From: Octopus bimaculoides
Taxonomy: Eukaryota
Direction: 5' to 3'
Assembly (NCBI RefSeq): GCF_001194135.2
Contig: NC_068984.1
Location: 72,888,852-72,952,851, forward strand
DNA length: 64,000 bases
Positions 27,665 to 41,060 of this stretch are shown piece by piece. Position numbers and translations under genes: made by a program. The notes under the pieces are model-generated. The model saw only the letters and a program-made list of their open reading frames with translations. It was not told the DNA's origin and made no database searches. Each line of letters starts with the position of its first letter. The first letter of the stretch is position 1.

Positions 27665-28357
27665 GAGAACTCTTTCCGACAGTTAATACTAAACTAATAT
27701 GAATACATATATATATATGTGTGTGTGCACGTGTGTGTGTGTATGCGCGTGTGCTGTGTGTGTGTGTGAGTGTGCGCATGTGTGTGTTTGCGTTTGTGCG
27801 TGTGTGTGTGTGTGTGCGCGTATTTATGTTTATACATTCATGCATGCTGTGGCAGGTCAGGTCAAAGATGTACAACTTCTGCTAATCATGTAAAACACCA
27901 CAACTTCTTCCTTGATAGGATATTAAAAGATGAGTTAACTATTTAGATATTGTCTTAATCTAAGTTGTGCAATTGTGAATAGGTTGGTTGGTTTTCGTAC
28001 GAAAGTTTTGCTTATTTTAACTGCAACCTTTGTAAAATATATATAAGATTTGCAGAAGCGGCTCTGACATCATTGTCAGAGTTAATTTACCTGATTTTTA
28101 TATTCGAAATGAATGTCAGATACGGACGCTGTACACTATTCTCCTTACATGAGACTGCAGAGTTCCGGTACCGTATTCAGTAAACATTTGTTTCGAAGTA
28201 GCCTAATACTGCAAGCAAGCATGTCCTAAAGATTTGAGTGGCTTTTGGGAAACTAAATACTTTGTGATATTTCATTCATTCCCGACAAAATATTAAATAG
28301 CGACTAGAAAAGAATAATGTTCACTGCCTGTATGCGTCACTCAAGAAATATTATAAA

Positions 28358-28436
28358 AGTAGTATAGTAGAGATTAATGTTAGCTCATTTGAGTGGAGAC
28401 AAGTTGTGACAACTTGCCTGAAGACCTTGAAGAAAC
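28358..28436 (-). repeat. Inserted inverted copy flanked by a 20-bp direct duplication
   Basis: actcaagaaatattataaaa at 28339-28358 and 28435-28454. Confidence 0.95.
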
Positions 28437-28815
28437 TCAAGAAATATTATAAAATAGAACGAGTTTAATAGTAATCCTTTGATTGGCTGTGGTTTCAACG
28501 ACCACTTATCCCTAAATCACTTCCTCCAATGTAGATTTATAATCAATGAGGAAACACATCTGAGGAGTAATTAAGTAATCGTTCGGTCTGACTAAATGGT
28601 TAATAAGTGGAAGAAAATATCTATATGTAAGGAAGCAATAAATTTGCTTTTAAATTGGCACCTCTGCATGACTAGTTCTTACTTTGAAAGCGATTAACGA
28701 CTAAGATTTAATTCCATACACAGGTGAACGAATATGAATATTGGACAAAATTTCTCATTCATTTTCGTCCAGTGTACAAAAGGGGAAAATGCTATTAATA
28801 GTTATATGGGCATGT

Positions 28816-29015
28816 AAAGTGGTGAGCTGGCAGAATAGTTAGCAGTACGGGCGAAATGCTTAGCGACATTTCGTTCGTCTTCACGTTCTGAGTTCAAATT
28901 CCATTGAAGTCACCTTTGTTGTTCATCCTTTCGGGGTCAACAAAATAAGTACCAATTGAATACTGGGGACAGTGTAATCAATTTATTACCCCCGTGAAAT
29001 TGTTGACCTTGTTAC
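28816..29015 (+). mobile_element. SINE family A
   Basis: gtgagctggcagaatagttagc..gagttcaaattcc..atcctttcggggtc. Confidence 0.8.
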
Positions 29016-29385
29016 AAAATTTCAGAGGAATAATTATATGAAAATGTAACGTCATGTTTATTAAAACAAATCTGACGTTACGAATGGCGCTTTACATGCT
29101 AGTACAAAACACATTGCTATCATATACAGGATAGCTATAATGAAGGATTATAAATAACGACTTACTGATGGTAAACGGCAGGTCGGCTAACACGCAATGA
29201 ACTCTAAAGTGACACTGACAATTACGATGATGAAAATGATGTTATGAGGATAATGATGGCGATTGTGATTTTCACGATGGAAAGATTGATGTGATGATGT
29301 GGCGGAAGGATAGAAAATCGTGTTATTGTGAAGATACTAGGCTGTAGACGGGTTTCAGAAGAAATATAAGACTTAGAAAATTCTG

Positions 29386-29560
29386 TTCTATATTTAAGAG
29401 ATGAGGAGTTATGTACATTAAATACATTTGACGGATATTTGTCCTCATCTTGTTTGTTGCTAACACGTTTCGGCTGATATACCCTCCAGCTTTCATCAGG
29501 TATCTTAGGAAAATTTCGAACCTTGTTTCTCATTCCTAAGGTATTTTTCGATGTTGTAAT
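29386..29560 (-). mobile_element. Family C body (hammerhead-bearing), minus copy
   Basis: Minus strand gatac-CTGATGA-aagctg-gagggtatat-cagcc-GAAACGTG; aligns with 30627-30776. Confidence 0.8.
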
Positions 29561-29740
<180 letters not shown>

Positions 29741-30372
29741 TTCAATAGTTTTATTTTTATAANNNNNNNNNNNNNNNNNNNNNNNNNNNNNNNNNNNNNN
29801 NNNNNNNNNNNNNNNNNNNNNNNNNNNNNNNNNNNNNNNNNNNNNNNNNNNNNNNNNNNNNNNNNNNNNNNNNNNNNNNNNNNNNNNNNNNNNNNNNNNN
29901 NNNNNNNNNNNNNNNNNNNNNNNNNNNNNNNNNNNNNNNNNNNNNNNNNNNNNNNNNNNNNNNNNNNNNNNNNNNNNNNNNNNNNNNNNNNNNNNNNNNN
30001 NNNNNNNNNNNNNNNNNNNNNNNNNNNNNNNNNNNNNNNNNNNNNNNNNNNNNNNNNNNNNNNNNNNNNNNNNNNNNNNNNNNNNNNNNNNNNNNNNNNN
30101 NNNNNNNNNNNNNNNNNNNNNNNNNNNNNNNNNNNNNNNATATATTCCTTCTTAGCCAGGACTGGGCAGCCAGAGATAATATGATTTATTGCTTCTTGTC
30201 GATCTCCACATATTCTACAGTTACTTGTTATATTTCTTTTCATTATGTGTTTTTGGTAATTTCTGGTGGGGAGGCTCTGGTCTTGTGCAGCAATTAAAAA
30301 TCCTTCAGACTCTGCTTTGAGTCCTGAGCTTCTCAGCCATTGCTGGGATTTTTCTCTGTCTATTTCTTTCGC

Positions 30373-30378
<6 letters not shown>
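29741..30378 (-). mobile_element. Fourth R4/Dong-like fragment (mostly hidden by an N gap)
   Basis: Open frame NAKEIDREKSQQWLRSSGLKAESEGFLIAAQDQSLPTRNYQKHIMKRNITSNCRICGDRQEAINHIISGCPVLAKKEY with a CCHC knuckle; starts directly at a (TAA)n array. Confidence 0.85.
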
Positions 30379-30425
<47 letters not shown>

Positions 30426-30430
<5 letters not shown>

Positions 30431-30484
30431 TTCACTGCTTGGAATCGAACTCGGAATCTAGGGGTTAATCACTACGTCATATGC
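30426..30484 (-). mobile_element. Family C tRNA-like head, inverted copy with 16-bp deletion
   Basis: Reverse complement of 30491-30565 lacking gagcgcgggctactga. Confidence 0.85.
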
Positions 30485-30490
30485 TCACGG

Positions 30491-30559
30491 GCATATGACG
30501 TAGTGGTTAAGAGCGCGGGCTACTGACCCCAACATTCCGAGTTCGATTCCAGGCAGTGA

Positions 30560-30626
<67 letters not shown>

Positions 30627-30776
30627 TACAACATCGAAAAATACCTTAGGGATCAGAACCCAGGTTCGAAATTTCCCCAAGACACCTGATGAAGGCTGGA
30701 TGGTATAACAGCCGAAACAAGATGAAGACAAATTCCCCTCAAATATAAATAATGTAAATAATGTAAATAATGTTAG
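30491..30776 (+). mobile_element. Family C: tRNA-like head + internal (AAT)n + hammerhead-bearing body
   Basis: A-box-like TGACGTAGTGG, B box GAGTTCGATTCC, (AAT)n, then a body with the hammerhead core at 30686-30718. Confidence 0.8.
30681..30718 (+). ncRNA. Hammerhead ribozyme core, partial (stem III/cleavage segment deleted in this copy)
   Basis: GACAC-CTGATGA-A-GGCTG-loop-CAGCC-GAAAC; the missing GTTGTGTT is present in the copy at 10820-10832. Confidence 0.6.
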
Positions 30777-30839
30777 CATATTTTTTATGTGCTATCTGTG
30801 TAATCAGAAAAAAATGAACGTTATTTTAAATTGTTGGAT

Positions 30840-30947
30840 CCTCTTCCTCCTCCTCATCATCATCCTCATCATCGTCGTCGTCGTCATCGTCGTCATCATC
30901 ATCATTATCATCATAATCATCATCATCATCATCATCATCTTCATCAT
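30840..30947. repeat. (CCT)/(CAT)/(CGT) compound microsatellite
   Basis: Directly visible. Confidence 0.9.
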
Positions 30948-31244
30948 TATGTGAGAGAGCAGTGCACGCCATCAATGTGACACTGGGATACAAATATACA
31001 AGGCCCATTATGCCCATCATGATTAACCGTCTTATGAGGATACACCAGGCAGATGCGTCAAACCGCATGCGCGTGTTATGGTTACCTCATACCAAGATAA
31101 ACAACACATGACCTCGTAGATGGAGCCCGCTTGAAATTATCTTCACATCGAGCAGCCCATCCCACTCAAAATGTCCCTAAATCAGGCTGTTTTAAGAATG
31201 ATGAACGAATCACTTTTATTTCCAGGAGTTATTATCATTATTAA

Positions 31245-31304
<60 letters not shown>

Positions 31305-33135
31305 TATTATTATTATTGTTGTCTTGTTAGAAAGAATTGCAAGATTGGCTAGTTGTCAGATTTTTGTCAAATCAAATATAACATAAAAATATGATTTAAC
31401 ACTAAAAAAAAAAGCGGTTTTGTTCTCTCTCACAAGCTAAGAAAAAATGATTCAACACGCACTTCTTATGAGGAACAGTCAATATTTAGTTCGATTTTGT
31501 TTATTTTTGATTGTTGTCAAAACTTTGACACATAAATCATTTAGATTAAAACTCTTTGTGTTGGCGGACGACACAAAGGGTTAAAGCAGAGAAATGAATA
31601 ACAACATTCTCCCAGAATAAAGCTGAAGAAGCAACACCGCAAATTTATATTGACACTCATAAAACAAAATAGTAAAATTAAATGGGTAAAACATTGCAGT
31701 GATGAAAATACAAAAAAAAAAAGAAATTAAATTAAATGAAAAATGGTATTAAAATCGCCTGGTAGCCAGGAAAAATAAATTGGAAAAACCAAGTTACGGA
31801 CGATGATTATAATAACTGAATTATTGTAATACCACAAATAGTTATAATTGATTGTTATCAATCACATCGAATCCAGTATTTGGCGGCTAAAATATTTTAT
31901 TAATTTTATTGTAGGATGGAAGACGATATCAACTTCGGCAGGATTTACTCTCATAACATAAAGATTTAGAACAAATACTGCCTGGAATTTGTCTAAGTTC
32001 TAAATAAGTGCCCTTGAAAGCGAGCAGAACCGCCCTCCTACTGCTTACCGGAAATTTTTATACTGGTACTGAGGAAATCCAGAGCTATAGTGTCCATTGA
32101 AGTAGTTATACATTACTTTTGGTTTTGCCCACTTATTCAATAACGACCTAAAGTAAATAATTAAATGTAATACATAATCAGCTTGTTAACCACAATCGAA
32201 ACAACGACAATAACAATAACCATGACGACACCAGCAACTACAATAGATTTGGAAGTGTGAATGATGAAATAGGGAAACAATACCGTCTAAAATCATATTA
32301 TAGTGTAGTAGAATGATAATTTGGAGAATAATCACCCACGTCAAACTAGTACCAAAAATATATAACTACGACCAGAGAAAACTAAATGCAAATTAAAATT
32401 AGGTGTGTGTGTGTGCATCGAATTGTTGCAAGACGGGAGTTTAAAAATCTGTTAGGAAAATGAAAGGGTACAATGCTTCAAAATGGTTTATTTTAATGCT
32501 CTACGATTCTGTCAACTCTGCGCAAACAGCAAAAATATAAACAACAACAACATCAATAGTTTTAAATTGTTGGCACGAAGCCAGTAATTTTGAAGAAAGA
32601 GTTTATGGATACCACCGACCACAGTACTGATATTTCATTAATCACAAATTGATGAAAGGAAAAGTTGAACAAGGCTGGATATGTATCGGAATAAATATCA
32701 CGAATAGTTTTGTCCGATGCTCTCGCGATCCTGCTAATCTACTATAGTCTCTAGTCTATAATTTTGAAAGAAGAGGTTTGTCGATTACATCAACTCCTCT
32801 ACTAGACTAGCATATCATTTTCTTTGGCCTTGGAGCATTGAAAGGCAAAGCTACAATTCGTGCGACTTGAACTCCGTCTATAAAATGAATTGTTTCGTAT
32901 GGTCTTAGAATTTGGGTTCCATTGTAGATACCAATAAATCTGCTACTCACAGGGACAACAATCATTTAGTCTTGTATAAGACCCACAGTATGGGAGATTT
33001 CTTTCAGTTCATTAGAAATATGCTATCAATGTCCTTATTTGCAGAAATTTTTCCAATAATTCCTTGCTTCTAAAACATTTATACACGCACGCACGCACGT
33101 ACGCACGCACGCACGCACGCACACACACACCCACA

Positions 33136-33166
<31 letters not shown>

Positions 33167-34935
33167 GGATAAAAGATCTGCTATATAGAAATGGGTATAT
33201 CTCTACATTCCAATGTTTTCTTCATTGTCAAATTGCATGAGATGGTGGTGGTAAATTTCCATTATCATAAACGCGAGTTATTTACCATCATAATATTAAT
33301 CTTATCGAATAAGTTGCTGCGAATTATATCTATTACTATGATGGAAAAGAGGAAAGGGATGATAAATTACTTATGGCATTGTAAAATATAGTTCTAGGAT
33401 CTGAATATTTGCTGATAAAAATATTCGGCAGTATCGGTAAACAGGTATGTCTTTAATGTAATCTATGACTAAGGTGGTTGTGTCGCAATATGGAATTTTC
33501 TTGCTCAACTGTTGTACCGTGATGCCCCGTTCATAAGATTCGAGATTATGGTGCATGGATAAGTACAGAGATTGTGTGAGATGCAATATAAATGTGAAGT
33601 TTATGATGTATTTTCAAACGGAGAGGAAACAGAAATTCACTACGATTTCGTTGTTATTCGGAGACAAGTCAGTGTTTGGAGAATCAACGTCTGCCATATT
33701 CGTCCTCCAAAGAGAAGTGTAAACGAATTTAATCTGTTGAAAATAAAGTTTCGTTATTTAAATACAGAAGGTAGGCTGCTTATGCAAATGTTGCCTGAAG
33801 ATAGTGATATTTGTCTAGATAAGGAAATTGACAGTTACGATTAATCCATTAGTTGTTGGATTCTAGCTATGTTAAATCATTGTAATGTGATGTAAATACA
33901 ATGAATATAAAGAGTGAAAACATGTACGTTGTGCTTGCTTTAATATATGCTTTCAGATGCGGCTAGCTACTGCTGAGTCTCTTTTAAGCAATTGTCGTAT
34001 GTTAGTGAGATATGTTATGCATTTTGAATGAGGTCAATATCCCCTCTGTAAAATCATCTCTTTGGTGAACTGGTGCTGTTCTGATAACATGCCAAAACAT
34101 TTTAATTAGTCTGAAGCTAAAGCTCGCATCACATTATTAGTTGGAAAGAGGAGGTTAGGCAAAAGATGTCATTTATGGCTGAATGATTATGTAAAACATG
34201 TGACAGGGAAATGAAGTTCTTAAACAAGCTTTAAGCAGCAATTAAATGAGGGACGCCAACAAAACGAACACAACTGAAATAGATTTGTAATCTGCCGTTG
34301 ACACCTCTATAGAAATACAAGACTGGATCCTTCGGTGAGTGAAAGAGAGGAAATTTAAGGTTGAGAAAGGGAAGATATAAAACCACACTTACACATCCAA
34401 TTGATGATTACCATCGAATATCATCGAGTTCAAAAGTGTTTCGCGGAACTACACACATACACACACACGCGCGTGACCACCTACACACACATATGTGTGT
34501 ATATATCTATCTATCTATCTATCTATATATATATATATATATATATNNNNNNNNNNNNNNNNNNNNNNNNNNNNNNNNNNNNNNNNNNNNNNNNNNNNNN
34601 NNNNNNNNNNNNNNNNNNNNNNNNNNNNNNNNNNNNNNNNNNNNNNNNNNNNNNNNNNNNNNNNNNNNNNNNNNNNNNNNNNNNNNNNNNNNNNNNNNNN
34701 NNNNNNNNNNNNNNNNNNNNNNNNNNNNNNNNNNNNNNNNNNNNNNNNNNNNNNNNNNNNNNNNNNNNNNNNNNNNNNNNNNATATATATAAATGCCAAC
34801 CACATGGCATCATTACGCCAGAGTGAGAAAAGCAAAACCACAAAATTGACGTGTCACATTTGAGCTTTGAAAGAGAAAAAGGTTCCATACGTGATCAAAT
34901 GGAGATTAATAAAAAGGTCTACACCATACATGAAT

Positions 34936-35013
34936 GGATCTAATAGATGTACGTTTTGTTTGGCCGAAAGGGCGCAGGTTTGATTTAGATCCGAGACTCC
35001 GAACTTGATATTG
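34936..35013 (+). repeat. 78-bp direct repeat, copy 1
   Basis: Identical to 36171-36248 except one base. Confidence 0.95.
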
Positions 35014-35735
35014 AACTCGAGGTCGGAGATTTTTAGTGGATTAAAACACGTTGAAATATATCTTAAAAAATTCCGAAGATGCCACTAATTGCCGATTGAT
35101 TGACATCTTTTTCTACCATTCTTTATAGCGCCTAGTAATATAAATATGGTTTCTTGTTTCATGGTGTCGATTCATATCTCATATTTACATCTACATTATA
35201 TTTTTTGCATCCTTTCAGATTCCTTTGGTTAATCTTATATATTGTAATTATAGACCTTTATAACAGACACCATAGACTTTTTTCCATTCATAATTTTATG
35301 CAATTTATATATATTTATTTATATTTTTATGTACTTGTATAATTTATGTATTGTATATAGCTTATGTATTTGTATATAATCGTATAGCCTTTGGATTATC
35401 CGTAGAGCTATATATATTTTCATATAATTAAATTCAATTTTGATGATTTTTATAATTTATAACTTTATGATTTTAACTTAATTTTTATGATTATTTCCGA
35501 TTTAAATTCATCTGAACGGCCTGCATCGGTTCAGTTTGGTAGTTCAACATTAAATATAGTTTGTTTCGCCTCTCACCGAGGTCCTCTATTTAAACCTCTT
35601 GGTTTGATGGAATAAACAGCGCCTGATACACATACTTGTCATGTACGTGAAACTATTAGTAGTGCGTGTAATACATTAATATCTGCCTCTCATTAGATGA
35701 AGTACACCTTTTGTTGACCTTTTAACGCAGATCAA

Positions 35736-35766
<31 letters not shown>

Positions 35767-36170
35767 NNNNNNNNNNNNNNNNNNNNNNNNNNNNNNNNNN
35801 NNNNNNNNNNNNNNNNNNNNNNNNNNNNNNNNNNNNNNNNNNNNNNNNNNNNNNNNNNNNNNNNNNNNNNNNNNNNNNNNNNNNNNNNNNNNNNNNNNNN
35901 NNNNNNNNNNNNNNNNNNNNNNNNNNNNNNNNNNNNNNNNNNNNNNNNNNNNNNNNNNNNNNNNNNNNNNNNNNNNNNNNNNNNNNNNNNNNNNNNNNNN
36001 NNNNNNNNNNNNNNNNNNNNNNNNNNNNNNNNNNNNNNNNNNNNNNNNNNNNNNNNNNNNNNNNNNNNNNNNNNNNNNNNNNNNNNNNAAAGAACAAATG
36101 GATGTATTAGTATAACGTTCAGGAATAGAGAAAGTCTTTAACGTTTCGAGCCTATGCTCTTCAACTGAAA

Positions 36171-36248
36171 GGATCTAATAGATGTACGTTTTGTTTGGCC
36201 GAAAGGGCGCAGGTTTGATTTAGATCCGAGACTCCGAATTTGATATTG
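36171..36248 (+). repeat. 78-bp direct repeat, copy 2
   Basis: See 34936-35013. Confidence 0.95.
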
Positions 36249-37505
36249 GGTTGTCAGGAAAGTTGATGCCGATTTTTAAAGGAAAGAAAAAGGTCAATAA
36301 ATACTTGCCATTACATCTTTAATCAACAAAATATGAACCATCTTTTGCACAATGCATCTCCTTCTTTCCTTTACCTTAAAAATACCCTCTTCCCAGAATT
36401 GAGGTGGTTTCATGGCAAAGAATTCATCAAGGTATCTTTTTACGTCATCCAAGGAATTGAAATTCTTACCATTAAGACTATTCTGCAGAGACCTGAATAA
36501 GTGGAAATCCGAAGGAGCAATACCTGGTTAATATGGAGGGTGGGGGTAACACATCCCAGCCGAGCTGCAGCAATTTTTGTCTGGTTCCCAAAGAAACGTG
36601 TTGGAAAACAACATCCTTCGTGTTGGCCATTTCTGGACGTTTCTCTTGAATTGCTGCTTTTAACTGGTCCAGTTGTGTGCAGTATTTCTCAGAATTAATT
36701 GTACTTGAGAGAAGCTTATAGTTTAGAATTCCTTTCCGATCCCATCAGACACAAAGCAAAACTTTTTTAGGGTGAAGACCCGCTTTTGGTGTGGCTAAGG
36801 GTGGCTCATGTCGCTTACTCCAGGATCGCTTTCTCTGAACATTTCGGTAGATAATCCATTTCTCGTCACCTGTCACAATTTGCTTTTAAATAGGCGCGTT
36901 TTCATTCTGTTTATAAAGCGAAACACAGACGGAAATTCGATTTAAAAGGCTCTTCTCACTCAACTGATGTGGTACCCAAACATCGTAGCGATTTGTGTAC
37001 CCAAGCTTTACCAGGTGCTCATGAACGACGGATTTTGATAGGTTGAGGCTTTCTGCCAATTCTCCGGTTGTGCAATGTGGGTAAATTCTCAATCAATGAC
37101 TTGATTTGGTCATCATCTGTAGTGGATGGTCTGTCTGATCGATCTTTATAAATAAGGCTACAATCTCCAGCTCGGAACTTTGCAAACCACTTCCGTACAG
37201 TTCTTTCGGATAAAGAAGTACTACCATAAACTACGCATATTTCTTTGGTTGCCTGTGAGGCATTTTTTCCTTTACAGAAAAAGAAAAGCATCAAGTGCCG
37301 AAAATGAACTCTCTTATCTTCCATTTTAAAGGGTTATAGAATTAACACAGGTTATAGGAACATAAACTTCTTCCACGAAAAGATAGCTTAATCTGTGCTC
37401 TAGATGGAGTTGTGGTCAAATCCTATTTTATGGACTCAACCATGTTCTAAAATAAGTCGAAAGGTAAGCTACTATAAATCGGCACGAAGTTTTCGGACAA
37501 CTCAA
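36246..37505 (-). mobile_element. Full-length (1260 bp) decayed mariner transposon with TIRs and TA target sites
   Basis: TIRs ttgggttgtcaggaaagttgatgccgattt / aaatcggcacgaagttttcggacaactcaa flanked by TA; transposase MEDKRVHFRH..WVPHQL..IVTGDEKW..LHPKKVLL..PHPPY*PGIAPSDFHLF with stops and frameshifts. Confidence 0.93.
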
Positions 37506-37514
37506 TATATATGT

Positions 37515-37710
37515 TTGTGTGTCTGTTTGTAGCCCCACCATTGCTTGACAGCTTTTGCAGATGTACTAACATCCCCGTAACTTAGTGGTTCGGCAAAAAA
37601 GACAGAATAAGTACTTGGCTTACAAAAAATAAGTCATGGGGTCGATGTGCTCGACTAAAGGCAGTGCTCCAGCATGGCCGCAGTTAAATGACTGCAACAA
37701 GTCAAATAAT
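37515..37710 (+). mobile_element. SINE family B, 3' half
   Basis: ccccgtaacttagtggttcggc..ctccagcatggccgcag. Confidence 0.8.
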
Positions 37711-40379
37711 TTGTAAATATATATATAGGCACAAAACAACATATGTTTACTGAACGTTTTACCACGTGGAGTGGAGGCACTCTGGTGGGCAAATAAGACA
37801 GAGAAATTCTTGCCTAACAGTGGGTACAGCCAACAATGGATTCACTTTAGTAAGGCCATGCTCTACCTATATCAACGCGCATCTTCACCTATACCATATA
37901 CTAATGAATGCATTTAAAGATTTACATTTAAGAACGACGTGGTGTCGGTGCTGTACTCCTAGAGGATGAAGAAAATATAGTGAGTCATCATTACTGATTG
38001 GTTGATGAACATTAATTCCTCTCAAATTATGCTGAAATGTTATATATACATAAAAGTATATTCGTCGTGCATGTGTGTGCGTGTGCGTATATGCCATATG
38101 TGTTTCTCTATTAGTTCATTTTGGATTCTATTATACTTGTAAAGTCTTAAAAATAAATATGACTGAACATTTATTATGACTATCTCACCGGAAAATGATG
38201 ACGGCCTTAGTTTTATACTCAAGTGCATGTATCTTGTCGCCTATAGAGACATATAATGCGCCTTATATTTTAATGTTAAAGATTATCCACTTGTAATTCA
38301 TGTTATTTGAGAAATCCGTTCATATGTTAGGGCAATTTGGAAAATGTCAAACTGCTCTTCTCAAGAAGTTCTAAGGTTAGACGATATTTTAAAAATCGAA
38401 TAATTAAATATCTGAAATATGGAAAATAAAACATGCATACTGTACAAAGGTCAGAACATCTTTCATCTACCCGCATTATCCATACACACTTTCAGATAAT
38501 TTTCTGTTCATTTAACTTGATAAATTTCGGTATGACAACAATACCAAGCGTGTAGAAGTAATATGCATTCCATCTATACTGGAATAAACATTCAGTTATC
38601 ACACAAAAACACCAGAAAAAAGTTATCCGCGAGTGAGCAGAATTACTAAAAGCTTGATGGCGAAAACATAGTTACTTCAGAAGAAATAAATGTATATTAT
38701 TTGCGTGATTGTGCTTTCGGTTTGACATTCGGCTATTTCTTCCTTATACACCACCACAGAATCAACCCTCTCCCACACATGCATGCATATATACATACAT
38801 ACACATTTACATAGACACACGTTCTAAATATAGTTACACACTTCTACACTATACATACCTTCCTAGTCAGTTCCCAAGTTTGTGTGTCTATGTATTTAGA
38901 TGAGTACGTTTGAGATTGTATATGTTTAGTGGCCGTATGCGCGCCTACGCGTATCTGTGCGTGCATGCCATGTTTGTGTTGTGTTTGTGTGTGTGTGTGT
39001 GTCTGTCTGTGTACATATGTAGGTACATTCATGAGTGTATGTATTAATGTGTGTATTTGTGGTTATTTATATGTAACGGTGACGTCTGCAACGAGCTATC
39101 ATAGATTAGATGAAAATCGTTCGATATTATAGATTAATTGTGGTAAGGTATTATTGATTAATTTAGACGCGTGGAATTACTAATTAAGAATGATAATTTA
39201 GGAAACCTGATAATTAACTTAAAACCCCTTTTGAAGTAATTGGAAAAAGAAGGCAAATTATATTGAGTTCTTGTAAAGGAGAGAAGCTTAACTATTAATT
39301 TTCTAAAAACTGTTACTTCAGCAGACGAGTCGTTACTTGGACGTTTGCTTTCTATGTTGGTAAATTGAACATTTTTATCTGAAACAATTATCGCAGAGTC
39401 TAGCGCATCATTAAACAGAAAAACCTGAATATTTGAAATAATATCAACAAATTTTATTTGTGTTGTCTCAACTATCTGGATCTCTGTCTTTGTGAATGAA
39501 CCTCAAACGGAGGATAAAAAAAATCCTGAAAGTTAATATTTTCAGCCGAAAATGTTATTAAAACATTTAAGGAAAGTTTCAGATATGAAGCAACTGAAAT
39601 CAGATACATTATTATTTATTCATTCCGTAAATTCTTCAACGCAATCCTATATTTTCGTATCGTATATACAGACAATTAGTTTAATTTATATTTTTGTTAT
39701 GCCCAACAATCTTCGTTTTCCAATCAGGTAGGAGAAAAATTGATATAATTCTATTCATTGAGAATTCTCGAATATTTGGTCACAAATACTAGACGTGTCT
39801 AATCAAAGGACATTTTGCACAATCAAGCCTCTTGTAAGACATAGCTACTATTTCTCTCAAGAACAAACGTTTCTTGTTTTTGAACCTGAGAAATATGAGC
39901 AACGAAAACAACAACAAAAGCAACAAAAATAACAACAACGACCACAAAAGTAAAAGCATCAAAGATGTCCTCAGCAATAGTCACAGCAAAAATAGTAACC
40001 TCTACAATGGGCATCACTAAAATCCGCCAAGCCACTAACAACAGAAACCTATGCCATAGCACAAAAGAGTACTACTGTCCACACAACAATAAACAAAAAT
40101 CCTTCCCTCTTCCAATACATCACCAACGAACAATCAGACACTTGTAGGCAGTTACGTGGTAAACATACCTCAGCCCTCTGTCTCAGTTCATTCCAGAGAT
40201 CATTACTGCGGGCATGGTAAAGAAAGCGGTAATTAAAACCACCACCTTATCTTCAAAGTCTTTTGGCTAATGAGGCACCAGAAAGTCCAGAGACATATCA
40301 TACATCCCCGTCTAAACCACTACCATTCCAATAAAATAACAGTCAAAGCTGGAAACAAAGCTGGAATACAATCATTAGA

Positions 40380-40500
40380 GCGAGCAGAATAGAATTAGCA
40401 AGGTGACCTGCAGACAATAAGATAATAACAATATGAAGAGAATATGGAAACACAGAAGAATCAGCCTCAAAACGAATGTGAGTTATCCAAATTTAGGCTA
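40380..40500 (+). mobile_element. Possible RTE-like LINE remnant
   Basis: Short KRIWKHRRISLKT segment resembling the post-RT region of RTE elements; weak. Confidence 0.3.
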
Positions 40501-40929
40501 TTACACTACAAAAATAAGAATAAAAAAGGTATGCTTTAGGGAAGTTTCTTCCCAAGTTTCATAAAACAAACATCAAGTAAAAATTTCGTTATTTTTACAT
40601 CACTTCCCTTTCAAAATACCCTAGTGATATCAGCAATTCTCTCAATATGGACAAAATTATTTTGAAGGAAACTTTGCAGGCATCGCATGACAAAGTGATA
40701 AATGGTTTACCAAAGCTCCCAACAGATCCTGTTAAGTGAGAGCGCTCTCCTTACTTTCCAGATTAGCAGGGAGAAACTCAGGCTTGAACATATAAATTTA
40801 CGTGACCTAGGATCTGCTTCGCATTTACGTGACTTGCTTAATGACCTTAGGTCTCCAGATATACTTTTAGTAGCCATCTTTTAACGACGATGTCTGGAAG
40901 CCACTAACGTCAATCTTTGACAACTAAGA

Positions 40930-41060
40930 GCTATTCATATCTTTTGCTTAGCCTGTGTCGATGAGGGCAGTCAACATCAGTACATGACACCCAAAAGGAT
41001 GAAACGCGAAGTCAAGCTCGTGGGTATTTGAACCAACGATTCTGCCAGATCACTGCCTTC
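40930..41060 (-). mobile_element. SINE family A, degraded
   Basis: cccaaaaggatgaaacgcgaagtcaagctcg..atttgaac..gattctgccag. Confidence 0.55.

Noticed and set aside
30491-30565. Possible tRNA gene (also the heads of SINE A and B)
   Set aside because: A/B boxes present but no complete cloverleaf, and it runs into repeat bodies; treated as a SINE head
33541-33844. EIHYDFVVIRR and an upstream GAW resemble the loop C/pre-M1 region of Cys-loop receptors
   Set aside because: No hydrophobic M1 follows, no Cys-loop, and a frameshift is needed; likely chance
35065-35100. ccgaagatgccactaattgccga, hammerhead-like
   Set aside because: Core and GAAA are both mismatched; insufficient evidence
40796-40833. 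Two atttacgtgac copies (HRE/E-box-like)
   Set aside because: Short duplication with no supporting promoter evidence
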